A stretch of DNA of 64,000 nucleotides from Candidatus Poribacteria bacterium (GTDB taxonomy: Bacteria; Poribacteria; WGA-4E; WGA-3G): NCBI GenBank assembly GCA_964291315.2, contig OZ219753.1, forward strand, positions 832,001 to 896,000. Direction: 5' to 3'. Below the pieces are notes generated by a model. It was not told the DNA's origin. It searched no databases and was given only the letters and a program-made list of their open reading frames with translations. Every line of letters begins with the position of its first letter. Position 1 is the stretch's first letter. The translations under genes and the position numbers were made by a program. Below, one piece after another: positions 36,284 to 46,260 of this stretch.

Positions 36284-37207
36284 CTAGCAAAACACATGCA
36301 CCTTTGTTCCGTGTGCATCTGGCTTTAGGATCTTGCTGTTGCAGATTATTTGATGGTTTTTGAATGCACGCTGCATCTCTTTTGCAATCTTTTCGGGGTT
36401 TTCTAGACAATAGGCTGCTATGGTTGGACCTGCGCCGCTCAGAGCAACGCTAAGTGCCCCAGCGTCAGTGGCAGCTTCAGCAACCTCTTTAAACCCTGGG
36501 ATCAGTGAGGTTCGATAGGGCTGATGGAGTTTATCCTTCATAGCGACTCTCAACATTTCAAATTGCTTGGTGGCGATGCTAGCAATGAGGAGTGTACTGC
36601 GGCTTGTATTATAGATCGCATCCGAGAAGGGAACATATTGTGGTAGAACCGTGCGTGCTCTTTGGGTTGAGAGCGGAAAATCTGGAATAGCGAGTACAAC
36701 AGAGAGTTCAGGCGGACATGGCATCTGAATGGTATGCACTTCTCCATTCTCTTGTGCTGAGACAACGATACCCCCATATAAAGATGCTGCCACGTTGTCT
36801 GGGTGTCCCTCCATTTGTGTTGCAAAGTTAAGGAGTTCAACGTCAGAAAATGGTGTGTGACACAGGGCGTTTGCGGTCAACAATCCCCCGAGAATAGCTG
36901 TACCACTGCCCCCCAATCCGCGAGTTGCCGGTATGCCGTTGTTTATATATAATTTGAAGCCGTTTGGGCGTTTGGTTCCACTTTGCTTGAAAACTAGTTC
37001 TACTGCTTGGAACGCTATGTGTTCTGGTGTACTTTGTATTTTATCGGTGTCTACGCCGCTTACAACGACTTCAGTTTTTGTTTCGGATGGTTCCAATGTG
37101 ACTGTACTATAGAGCTGTAAAGCGAGTCCTAGCACATCAAAGCCGGGCCCCAAATTTGTTGTGCTGGCTGGGATCCGGGCGGTAGCTTTCTTGAAATTGT
37201 GAGGCAT
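36284..37207 (-). CDS. thrB: Homoserine kinase
   Basis: PASTTNLGPGFDVLG, IP.TRGLGGS, EGHPDNVA, DKLHQPYR, LSGAGP. Confidence 0.95.
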   Translation of the reverse strand: MPHNFKKATARIPASTTNLGPGFDVLGLALQLYSTVTLEPSETKTEVVVSGVDTDKIQSTPEHIAFQAVELVFKQSGTKRPNGFKLYINNGIPATRGLGGSGTAILGGLLTANALCHTPFSDVELLNFATQMEGHPDNVAASLYGGIVVSAQENGEVHTIQMPCPPELSVVLAIPDFPLSTQRARTVLPQYVPFSDAIYNTSRSTLLIASIATKQFEMLRVAMKDKLHQPYRTSLIPGFKEVAEAATDAGALSVALSGAGPTIAAYCLENPEKIAKEMQRAFKNHQIICNSKILKPDAHGTKVHVFC

Positions 37208-37310
37208 ATAAAAAAGATCCTATTATCCTCTACGATTGTTTGTCAGTCTTAGGTTATCAGTTAGGAGTTTTCGTTAACAGAGGTCTCTGAACTGATACCT
37301 ATTGGTGTTG

Positions 37311-38483
37311 CTACAATTTCATAATTGCAGTTTTCATTCTATCCAATGCCTCTTGGATATTTTCCAATGAGTTCGCGTACGACAGGCGGAGATAACCGTC
37401 GCCATATTTGCCGAAGGATGTGCCTGGCAATAAAGCGACATCTGCTTCATCCATTAGATGATCAGCGAGCGTTTCACAGGAAAGAGGGAGTTGTGTGACG
37501 TTGGGGAATACATAGAATGAGCCGAGCGGTTTAATGCAGCTCACTCCTTCGATAGCGTTCAGTCCGTTCACAATAGCGTCACGTCGTTTCTGAAATTCGC
37601 TTACCATTTCTGTGACAAATGTTTGTGGGCCGGTGAGTGCCTCTATTCCGGCGATTTGTGTGAAGGTAGCGGTACATGAATTGGAGTTAATCGTTAGCTG
37701 TGTAATCTTATCTGCGATTTCTCGTGGAGCGATTCCGTATCCGAGTCGCCATCCTGTCATTGCGTAGGTTTTAGAGTGACCATCAATGAGAATAGTTCGC
37801 TTCTTCATGCCGGGGAGGTTGATGATGCTGTGGTGTTGTCCTTCATAGAGAATGCGAGAGTAGACTTCATCGGTAAGCACATAAAAGTTATGTTTTTCTG
37901 CAAGTTCTGCGATGGCTTTGAGGTCTTCTAGGGTTAGTGTTCCGCCTGTGGGGTTCTGCGGGGAGTTGAGAATCAGTAATTTTGTTCGATCGGAGATTGC
38001 GCTGGACAGCTCGTCGAATCGGAACCGGAAATCTACTTCCTCGCGGAGCGGCAGGGGTACAGCTTTCCCGCCGATGAAGTCGATGACTGATTCATAAACG
38101 GGGAAGCCCGGTTCTGGATAAATTACTTCATCGCCATCATCGATGAGTGCCAAGATCGTAAAGAAAATGATTGGCTTAGCCCCAGGTGTCACCGTCACTT
38201 CGTCGGGGTGTATATTGACTCTGCGGGTTTCTGTTATGTGTTCTGCGATAACTTCTCGAAACTCTGGTAACCCTGCGGATGGACAGTAGCCGGTATGCCC
38301 GTCCTTCATTGCTTGGTATGCTGCCTCGATGATGTTAATCGGTGTTGTGAAATCTGGCTGCCCTATCTCTAAGTGGATGATGTTTCTGCCTTGTGCTTCT
38401 AATTGTTTTGCTTTGGCAAGCACTTCGAAAGCGGATTCTGTTCCCAATCGATTCATCCGCGGGGCGAATGTGGATATTTCCAA
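37311..38483 (-). CDS. PLP-dependent class I/II aminotransferase (aspartate aminotransferase-like); probable TTG start at 38483
   Basis: IGQPDF, NSPQNPTG, DEVY, SKTYAMTGWRLG; GGAGG RBS before TTG. Confidence 0.9.
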   Translation of the reverse strand: MEISTFAPRMNRLGTESAFEVLAKAKQLEAQGRNIIHLEIGQPDFTTPINIIEAAYQAMKDGHTGYCPSAGLPEFREVIAEHITETRRVNIHPDEVTVTPGAKPIIFFTILALIDDGDEVIYPEPGFPVYESVIDFIGGKAVPLPLREEVDFRFRFDELSSAISDRTKLLILNSPQNPTGGTLTLEDLKAIAELAEKHNFYVLTDEVYSRILYEGQHHSIINLPGMKKRTILIDGHSKTYAMTGWRLGYGIAPREIADKITQLTINSNSCTATFTQIAGIEALTGPQTFVTEMVSEFQKRRDAIVNGLNAIEGVSCIKPLGSFYVFPNVTQLPLSCETLADHLMDEADVALLPGTSFGKYGDGYLRLSYANSLENIQEALDRMKTAIMKL

Positions 38484-38629
38484 AATTATACCTCCTATAC
38501 CACAAAAAATGGTTCGTTCAGGTTTGGACGGCAAGTGGCAAACCTGAGTTCTAGAATTGTATATTGGTTTCAGATGTGGATCTAAGGAGTAGCAGTATCT
38601 GTGATGCTTCTACTCCGTTATGTGATGCT

Positions 38630-39688
38630 TTATTCCAGATGCATGATGGTTCCTGTGGAGCTTGCTAGCCACACGTTTTTTTCATCAAGTACAAAGACTT
38701 TGACCAATTTTTCCTTATATTCTTCGAGTTGCCAAGTTTTGCCGCCATCTGTTGTATGTAGGATGGCCCCAACTCCCAGGTCGCCTCCGGTGGCCCATCC
38801 GTTATTTTCGTCAGCGAACCCGACGCTTCGCAGGGTTTCCTGTGTGCCGCTGGTCTGATCTGTCCAAGTTTCGCCGCCGTTGTTGGTGTGAAGGATTACG
38901 CCATTTTCGCCGACTGCCCATCCTATTGAGGCATTAAGAAAGAAGATGTCTTCGAGAATGTCTTCTCTCCCGGTGTCTTGCGTGACCCAGCTCCGCGCCC
39001 CGTCAGTGGTTTTCTGAATGAGGGAGCTCTGCGTTTTTGCGCTGGGGCTCACGTGGACTCCTGCGAGCCAGCCTGTTTCTTCATTTAGGAACTGGACAGC
39101 GTTGTACATATTCGCGTCGTCATCACCAATTTGCCCGAGGAGTCCTCCTTGGAGGACTTTCCATGAACGTCCGCCGTTTCTTGTGGAAAGGATTGTGTCG
39201 CTTTCTCCTACGGCGAACCCGATATCTTTATTAGCGAAGTAGATGTCTTTAAGACCGTTTCCGACTTTGCTTGCTTGCAGGTCCCAGTCTTGACCGTTAG
39301 TAGTTGCTACGATTGTACCGTTTGCGCCGACTGCCCATCCGTATTTATCATCTAAGAAGTAAACTTCGGCTAAATCGGCGCTAATTTTGACCTCCGATTT
39401 CTTCCAGGATGCTCCGCCGTTTGTCGTGTAACCGATAAACCCGGGGTTCTCGAAGTCCTCGAATGATGCTGCGCCGACTACCCACCCCGTGTTTTTGCTA
39501 GTAAAGGTGAGCGACATGTAATCTCGGAAGTCTGGATCACGTTCTTGCAGGACTGTCCAGGCTTCCGCGGATGGTAAAGCAGCAAAAATGGAGTAAGCGG
39601 TTGCTACGGCTAGAAGGGTTGCTAAATGCAATGTGAGTTTTAAACTGTTTCGTCTGAACCGAAGTCCGTGTGACTTCAATTTATTCAT
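38630..39688 (-). CDS. Secreted YCF48-like / BNR beta-propeller protein
   Basis: Repeated F.....GWAVG..G.I..T.DGG.TW. Confidence 0.88.
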   Translation of the reverse strand: MNKLKSHGLRFRRNSLKLTLHLATLLAVATAYSIFAALPSAEAWTVLQERDPDFRDYMSLTFTSKNTGWVVGAASFEDFENPGFIGYTTNGGASWKKSEVKISADLAEVYFLDDKYGWAVGANGTIVATTNGQDWDLQASKVGNGLKDIYFANKDIGFAVGESDTILSTRNGGRSWKVLQGGLLGQIGDDDANMYNAVQFLNEETGWLAGVHVSPSAKTQSSLIQKTTDGARSWVTQDTGREDILEDIFFLNASIGWAVGENGVILHTNNGGETWTDQTSGTQETLRSVGFADENNGWATGGDLGVGAILHTTDGGKTWQLEEYKEKLVKVFVLDEKNVWLASSTGTIMHLE

Positions 39689-40006
39689 CTTTATTCTTTC
39701 TCCTTTATTTTATCAGCTTCTATAAGCAGGTTTTCAAGCGTTGAGGTACACCGAAGATATTATTACACTAGCGGTGTGCCTTTAAATATGAGGCTGTGAA
39801 TAGAAGGTGTCTTAGTCTATCTCTCGGGAGATTGGGTTCTGAACACCTATAGCCAAGGCATATTGTGTTGACAAAAGCCATTTTTATATTATAACCGTGA
39901 ATTAAAAAATAAGTCAATAATTTTTTTTGTAATTTCAGTTGTGTTCGTGATCTTCTCACGTTCCTATGTAGAAATGCGGGTTTGGCATTGCTTGCGACGT
40001 TGCAAT

Positions 40007-41392
40007 CTACTTAGCAACAATCAAAGTGCCTGTTTCAAAACTTTCGCCTACTTGAAGTTGATACACATAAACGCCGCTTTCTACAATTTCCGCGTTTTCG
40101 TCGCGTCCGGTCCATGTCAAGACTGTTTCTCCCGGCATCGCGGTTAAGGTTTTGACGAGGCTTCCATCAATACTGTAAATAAGCACTGTGAATTCGCCCG
40201 AGGCATCTTCAAGTGCGCGTGCGGGGAACACAACTTGATTGAAATCTGGATTTGGAGAGAGCGGTGTGAATGGGTTTGGATAGGGTTTGTCAAACAGACG
40301 GAGTTTTTTCTGTATAGGTTCGGATCTGTTATTTGCTTCGTCAACAGCGATAACTGCGTAAGTAAAGCTTCCTATAGATAAAGGTCGGGTATCAATAAAT
40401 TTATATTCTGTTTTTGTTTCGCGTATTTCTCCGTTTGGGAGAGGGGTGAGTCGGTTGGTTTCAGGTGATCCGAAGAGTACCCGGTAGGTTGTTACGTCGC
40501 GACTGACGCTCGGTTTCCAAAGCACTTCGACACCATCGCTTGAGTTAATAATGCTCAGCATCGACGGCGGTTCTGGTGCAGCAGTATCGGTTGATACTTC
40601 TACTGTTTGAACTGTGGAACGTTCGGATTGCAAAAAGAGCGTTTTATAAGCGGTTATCTGATATGTGTGACTTCCTGGTGGCACGTTTATCTCGCGAAAC
40701 GTTGTTGCGGAACGGTTTTCAACATTGATAGGGGGTTCTTTATCTCTGTAGATGAGGTAGCCGTTGATGTCCAAGTCCTCGGATTTCTGCCAGCGTAGCG
40801 TCACATCGTTCTCGCCTGTTGCATCGGGGCTAGCAATAAAATCGATGACTGGCTCGGGCGGGACGTTGGCAATTACCTCTAAGGTAAAGTCATCATTGTT
40901 GAGTTTCCCGTCTGCCTGGCCGGATCGGATAAATTCTCCGATAGGAGTGTCTTGGAGGTTACGCAGTCGAGCTCTGAACACCGTTTCTAAGATGACGGTA
41001 TTTGGTGTTCGGGCGTCGAACGTAATTTCATAGATTGAGTTCTGAAAATCGACGACGGCATCTGCTAACTCAACGCGTAGGACGGTTCCGCCAGAGACTA
41101 CCGCTCTCGCTGCAATTGGATTTCCGTCTCGTCTGATTTGTTTAAAAGAGGGCGGTTGGGTCAGAAATCCGGTGGGCATTAAGACTTCGATGGTTTTAAT
41201 TTCTTCACCTGGTTCTGCCAAAGATCTATCAACGACAAGGGTTACAACCAATGGCACTGTTGAACTAGCGGGGACAACGCCTTTGGTTTCGCCTGTGACA
41301 TTAATTTCTCCGACGGAAGTAACTGCCCCAAAACTCTTGCTGTTGCTGAACAAACTACAGATGATTATGAGAACGATGACTGTTTTTTTCAT
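40007..41392 (-). CDS. Secreted FN3-containing protein with FlgD-Ig/T9SS-like C-terminal domain
   Basis: Signal peptide, two FN3-like modules, PYPNPFTP...IYSIDG.LV...WTGRD...SGVYVY. Confidence 0.75.
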   Translation of the reverse strand: MKKTVIVLIIICSLFSNSKSFGAVTSVGEINVTGETKGVVPASSTVPLVVTLVVDRSLAEPGEEIKTIEVLMPTGFLTQPPSFKQIRRDGNPIAARAVVSGGTVLRVELADAVVDFQNSIYEITFDARTPNTVILETVFRARLRNLQDTPIGEFIRSGQADGKLNNDDFTLEVIANVPPEPVIDFIASPDATGENDVTLRWQKSEDLDINGYLIYRDKEPPINVENRSATTFREINVPPGSHTYQITAYKTLFLQSERSTVQTVEVSTDTAAPEPPSMLSIINSSDGVEVLWKPSVSRDVTTYRVLFGSPETNRLTPLPNGEIRETKTEYKFIDTRPLSIGSFTYAVIAVDEANNRSEPIQKKLRLFDKPYPNPFTPLSPNPDFNQVVFPARALEDASGEFTVLIYSIDGSLVKTLTAMPGETVLTWTGRDENAEIVESGVYVYQLQVGESFETGTLIVAK

Positions 41393-41407
41393 GAAGCGAA
41401 GTCCTCT

Positions 41408-42376
41408 TTAAAATAGTAGGTTAAGTGAGAACCGTTGGGTTGTACCGTTTTGGAGGTCTCCGGTGAGCGTTTGAAGGCCATAGTCGAGTTGGAGATGGGT
41501 GCTGCTGATCGGAATTTTAGTGCTTCCGCCAAAACAGAGCATTGTTGCGGTGTTTACACCATTTTTCGCGGCATATCCGCCGCGGAGGGCGATGTTTGTG
41601 TTTAGCCAGATTTCTATGCCTGTGCGTATATAGATTTCACCGTTTCGGGAGGCGATCTCGAGCGTTCCTAGACTTGATTTCAACAAGTTGCTAACGGTTT
41701 CGCCTTGGGTACTCATTTCCGCTATAGATTCGAGTCTATATACTAGACCTGCGCGGACGTTCAGTGGCACCGAGTCTGTGTGTGTCTCAGAGATACTTGT
41801 GTTTGCTGGAAGTAGGTTTTCTACGGAGGCGCCGAGGCTCAAGCTCTGAAATGGTTTGGCAATCACGCCGAGGTCTAATGAGAGGGCTGAGCTGGAGGTA
41901 TTGACAAAATACGGATTCTCGGCGACGAATTCGTTTGTTTCATCGAAAGCGGTACCGAAGAGTTTCAAATTGACACCGATCGCCAATTGTTTGAGAGGGG
42001 CGTTTCCGTAAGAGATACGGATTACCTGTTCCTGATATATCTCGGAATCTTCTGCCAAGACCTCGAGGCTCGCGCCGAGGGATCCTATTCGTTGGAGCGG
42101 GATAATACCGCTGATACTATTGTACGTGATAAACCCATTGAATCGCCGTGCATGTGTTGCTCCAATTTGAGTTGTGTCTATATAGCCGAGTCCAGCGGCA
42201 TTGTAGCTTGCAGCGTTGCTATCATCGGCGAGGGCAACAAAAGCGCCTGCTAAACCCAAGGGTCTTGCCCCGATCCCGATGTCGTTGAAGGTCGCGGAGG
42301 CACCTATTGGGAAAAATAGGGCGATCAGTAGAATTATATGAGGTCTGTGTTTCAAGCTATTGTTTCCTTTTAGCAA
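41408..42376 (-). CDS. PorV/PorQ-like outer-membrane beta-barrel
   Basis: GARPLGLAGAFVALADD.NA..YN.AGL signature; terminal Phe. Confidence 0.75.
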   Translation of the reverse strand: MLKGNNSLKHRPHIILLIALFFPIGASATFNDIGIGARPLGLAGAFVALADDSNAASYNAAGLGYIDTTQIGATHARRFNGFITYNSISGIIPLQRIGSLGASLEVLAEDSEIYQEQVIRISYGNAPLKQLAIGVNLKLFGTAFDETNEFVAENPYFVNTSSSALSLDLGVIAKPFQSLSLGASVENLLPANTSISETHTDSVPLNVRAGLVYRLESIAEMSTQGETVSNLLKSSLGTLEIASRNGEIYIRTGIEIWLNTNIALRGGYAAKNGVNTATMLCFGGSTKIPISSTHLQLDYGLQTLTGDLQNGTTQRFSLNLLF

Positions 42377-42465
42377 TATTCATTTTTGCGGTTTGCACGC
42401 TTCAGGTTCGGTAGGTGTGCTTTGTCAATGAATCGCTTGTCTTTTGGAGAATCTTGATAAAAAGT

Positions 42466-43128
42466 TTAGTTAGAAGAACCGGTCATAGGTACGAAGCTGA
42501 CTCCTATAACCTTTGTAGTTTCCAGCAATGGTTCGGAGTCCGCTTTAGTGTGTGCTTTTTTCTGAATTAAAAGGAGGTCTTGTTGGTCGTCACCGATTGG
42601 AATAACCATTCTTCCATCGTTCTTGAGTTGCTGGACCAAGGGCTTTGGAACGGTTGTGGGTGCGGCTGCTACAAGCACAGCATCATAGGGAGCATGTTCT
42701 TGCCAGCCGTAATGGCCGTTGCCTTCTTTAAAATAAATATTCCGATAGTTAAGGTGCGTTAATCGGGTTTTGGCAATTTTGGCAAGGTGCGGTAAAATCT
42801 CGACTGAATAAACCTTATTCGCTAGTTCTGCTAAGATAGCTGTTTGGTAGCCACATCCTGTTCCGATCTCTAGTACTTTTGAAGCGGGTGTCAGTTTCAA
42901 CAAATCCGTCATTAATGCAACGATATATGGCTGGGACACTGTTTGTTGAGAGTTGATTGGAATTGGGCTGTCTTGGTATGCTATATTCAGATATTCTGGT
43001 TCTACAAAAAGGTGCCGCTCTATTTTTTTCATGACAGCAAGTATTTGCGGGGTGTGGATGCCGCGCGCTTTGATTTGCTTCTCGACCATCTTCTTGCGTA
43101 GGTTCTCATAGTTTTGGGATAATAGCAT
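42466..43128 (-). CDS. pcm: Protein-L-isoaspartate O-methyltransferase
   Basis: QTVSQPY, VLEIGTGCGYQTA, APYDA, FVPM. Confidence 0.95.
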   Translation of the reverse strand: MLLSQNYENLRKKMVEKQIKARGIHTPQILAVMKKIERHLFVEPEYLNIAYQDSPIPINSQQTVSQPYIVALMTDLLKLTPASKVLEIGTGCGYQTAILAELANKVYSVEILPHLAKIAKTRLTHLNYRNIYFKEGNGHYGWQEHAPYDAVLVAAAPTTVPKPLVQQLKNDGRMVIPIGDDQQDLLLIQKKAHTKADSEPLLETTKVIGVSFVPMTGSSN

Positions 43129-43214
43129 TTTAATGGTGGCTCCGAGGCGCTGTTTTTCGTTTTTTCGTCATTTGAAAGGTTCTGTCAGAGATTCATGAAA
43201 CGATCCGTTGCCAT

Positions 43215-45647
43215 TTATTGACCGATCGCTATGTGGTACGGCATCAGGAGAAAAGTTCGCTGTTGCTTAAGGATATTTATGAGTTTCAGTGTGTCCGTGA
43301 AACCTCCGTACTGTGTTGTGGCTGGCAGGTTCACGGTTGGGTTCTGCGGATTGGTCTGGTTGGATGCAGCTTTATAGAGTGGGTGAAGGCCTCTGAGAAG
43401 TTGTGACATCCATGTCTGCTTAGGGAGATAGACTATGTCAGCTGTTTTTCCTTTTAGGTCGGCATATTCTTGTGCAATCGCGAGGGCGAGATTCAGTCCA
43501 CCGAGTTCATCTACCAAGCCGTTTTCTTTTGCCTGTCTGCCTGACCAGATGCGTCCTTGTCCAAGTTTATCGACCTCATTTATTGTTAATTGGTTTCGTC
43601 CGAGGGCGACTTTTGCAATGAATTCATCATAGATTTCCTTAATTTGTTTGTGTATAATTGCTTGTTCGGAGGGCGGGTAGTCGCTGTAGTCTGTATAAAA
43701 ATCGGCGTGTTCTCCGCGTTTAAGGATTTCCTTTCGGACTCCAAGTTTTTCATAGAGGCCTTTCAAGCTATACTTCCCGCCAATTACCCCGATGGAACCA
43801 GTGATTGTCCCGGGTTCGGCAACGATAATGCTTGCGGGTGCGGCGATGTAGTAGCCGCCTGATGCTGCCACGTCGCCCATTGAGACTATCAAGGGTTTCA
43901 CCTTGGTAAGTTTGACCAATGCCCGCCATATAGTGTCAGCGGCGACAACAAGTCCTCCGCTACTGTCGATTCGTAAGACAACGGCTTTAATAGTATGGTC
44001 ATATTTTGCTGTCTCGATTGCGTCCACAATCGTGTCCGCGCCCATTACTTGTGTGCCCGTAAACGGGTCGATGAAGCTGTTTCCTGTTACCATTAATCCT
44101 TTGGCTTCGATGACTGCAATCTTCGGTCGCGGGACCTGCCAGTTCTGTGTATACAATCTATTTCCTGCGTATTCATCGAGGGTTAACAGGTCTGTTGGTT
44201 TATCGGTGAGTTGGGTGACAACTTCTTTCAGCTGGTCTTCATAGACAAGTCGATCGACGAGTTCTGCGCGGAGGGCCTGGCGTGCTGTATAGGGTCCCTC
44301 GTCGATGCGTTTTTTGACTGTCTCGGGGGTCCACCCTCGTCCGGCCGCGATGGCGTTTACGAGTTGTTGATAGAGGTCGTCCAAGATGATGTTCTGGACT
44401 TCGCGTTGTGCCTCGGACATTTCCTTTTTTGTGAGTGATTCAGATGCCGATTTATATTTGCCGATGTGTTCGATATCGGCTCTAATGCCGAGTAGGTCTA
44501 AGCTGCCTTTGTAGAAGGAGCGTTCTGTCCGCAATCCGATCAATCGGACTTCGGCGAAGGGGTGTATTAGGATGCCATCACAGGCGGATGCGACAATATA
44601 GTCTCCGGTGGAGCAGTTGGTCAGGTAGCAGAGAACAAGACGGTCAGATTCCTTGAATTTCTGTAGGGCGTCGGCCATTTCTTGAAGTTCCGCCATGCCG
44701 TATTGGCTGCCGTTGATACGGACAAGGATACCGGCAACATCTTCATCCGCTCTCACAATTGACGAAACGTGTTTGAGGGAATCCATCTGGAGATCAATGA
44801 ACATACGCCGGCGCCGCAACCGCTTGGTTGTCTGGGTATTAGAAAAATGAAAGTAACCGACACTGGTTTGTGTTTCCCTGTTTTTGCCGAAGCTGTTTTG
44901 TGTGCCGAATCCCCAATTTCCGATGTTAATGCCAAACCTGATGTCGAAACTCATATCGCTATTTAAAGTGCTTTGAAGCATCACTTCGCGAATTGGACGT
45001 ATTTCTAAAGCGTACCGGAGATCGATGCCTTCTATCCCTTGTGTTTTTTGCATATCGATAGAGAGCGTTGTTCGCCATGTTCTGGGTCGAATGGCTAAAC
45101 CTACATCGTAAGTGCGCCCGAGCTTTTCACCGGGCAACTTGGGTTGATTCAGGTCGCGAGCCATTGCCCCGATTGAAAAGTAGCGTTGGCGGTACATCAG
45201 TCCAAGGGAGAGGGATCGGAAATCGTTATAGGTTTTATTGTCTGAATTTATCCAACTGTAGCCGGTACCTAAGTAGAGCGAATTTCCGAGGTGCCGTCCA
45301 CCGGAGAGTGTATAGCGCGTAAAGGTTGTATCTGTGTCAGCGGTAGCGAATTCGATACCAAAACCCGCATTTGGTACAGCAAGAAAGAAAGCATCGTCCC
45401 CTGACCAATTGCTCTGATATGTTCGGAGATAATATAGGTTTAAGCCCCGCCCGGTAGCGAGTCCAGATGGATTAAAAAAGGTGGCTAAAGCATCATCGCT
45501 GACAGCGATAGAGCTAACGGGTAGATGTGTGCGTGCCTTAGGGGACGCGGCAGCCGACATACTGATCCCGTAAATCAGGGCAACCGAGATGATAATTTTA
45601 CCAATAATATAGCGCAGGCAATTGTTATAGGTTGATATGACAATCAT
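43215..45647 (-). CDS. sppA: Signal peptide peptidase SppA (S49) with an extra N-terminal domain
   Basis: GKYKSA, LRIDSSGG, SMGDVAASGGY, TGSIGV, GLVDELG. Confidence 0.88.
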   Translation of the reverse strand: MIVISTYNNCLRYIIGKIIISVALIYGISMSAAASPKARTHLPVSSIAVSDDALATFFNPSGLATGRGLNLYYLRTYQSNWSGDDAFFLAVPNAGFGIEFATADTDTTFTRYTLSGGRHLGNSLYLGTGYSWINSDNKTYNDFRSLSLGLMYRQRYFSIGAMARDLNQPKLPGEKLGRTYDVGLAIRPRTWRTTLSIDMQKTQGIEGIDLRYALEIRPIREVMLQSTLNSDMSFDIRFGINIGNWGFGTQNSFGKNRETQTSVGYFHFSNTQTTKRLRRRRMFIDLQMDSLKHVSSIVRADEDVAGILVRINGSQYGMAELQEMADALQKFKESDRLVLCYLTNCSTGDYIVASACDGILIHPFAEVRLIGLRTERSFYKGSLDLLGIRADIEHIGKYKSASESLTKKEMSEAQREVQNIILDDLYQQLVNAIAAGRGWTPETVKKRIDEGPYTARQALRAELVDRLVYEDQLKEVVTQLTDKPTDLLTLDEYAGNRLYTQNWQVPRPKIAVIEAKGLMVTGNSFIDPFTGTQVMGADTIVDAIETAKYDHTIKAVVLRIDSSGGLVVAADTIWRALVKLTKVKPLIVSMGDVAASGGYYIAAPASIIVAEPGTITGSIGVIGGKYSLKGLYEKLGVRKEILKRGEHADFYTDYSDYPPSEQAIIHKQIKEIYDEFIAKVALGRNQLTINEVDKLGQGRIWSGRQAKENGLVDELGGLNLALAIAQEYADLKGKTADIVYLPKQTWMSQLLRGLHPLYKAASNQTNPQNPTVNLPATTQYGGFTDTLKLINILKQQRTFLLMPYHIAIGQ

Positions 45648-46260
45648 AAGGTGTTTAAATATGAATTTATGAAATTTATCAATTGTAGGCGATGCGCGGT
45701 TTTATATGATCAGATAGATCGCCCTCTTCGCAAAACAGCGAGAATTGAATATCTACATACTATAGCAGGCATTGTATCTATCCCGCGATTTCTGCAGTAC
45801 CGTGTTAAAAAATCAGTTAACTTTATACTATCATAGTCAACGTAATTTGTCAAGACAATCTGAAGATGTTTTTGACAACATTCGTGCTTGTGTATAATTC
45901 CAACAATCTGTTTAGTTCTCATTGCACAATCCAGCAGTTATGCTGCACAGGGCATCGTTCCGATTGCACAACCCAAGTCATCTGCGTTAATCCTCACAGT
46001 AGTAAGTAACTGCCAGCTGCCTTGGTTAGAGACTGAAAAGTGTTAGCATTTACGGTTCAGAGGGTGTATAATGTCTGTTAATGTGAGTTTGAAAAAGATT
46101 TAGAGGTCCAAAAAGCATCGGTAACTCTGCCCGGTGAAAAAAAAAGAAAAGGTTCCTCTTTATTTTTTCTTTATCAAGCCTGTGTTAAGTTAATATCTGT
46201 GAAACGTAGTGCACGAAATAGCAGAGACGAGATCGCCTTGGATAAAAGGATTGAACACCG

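Noticed and set aside
45651-46260. ncRNA in the sppA/DUF3179 divergent gap
   Set aside because: AT-rich, promoter-like sequence with no convincing stable structure
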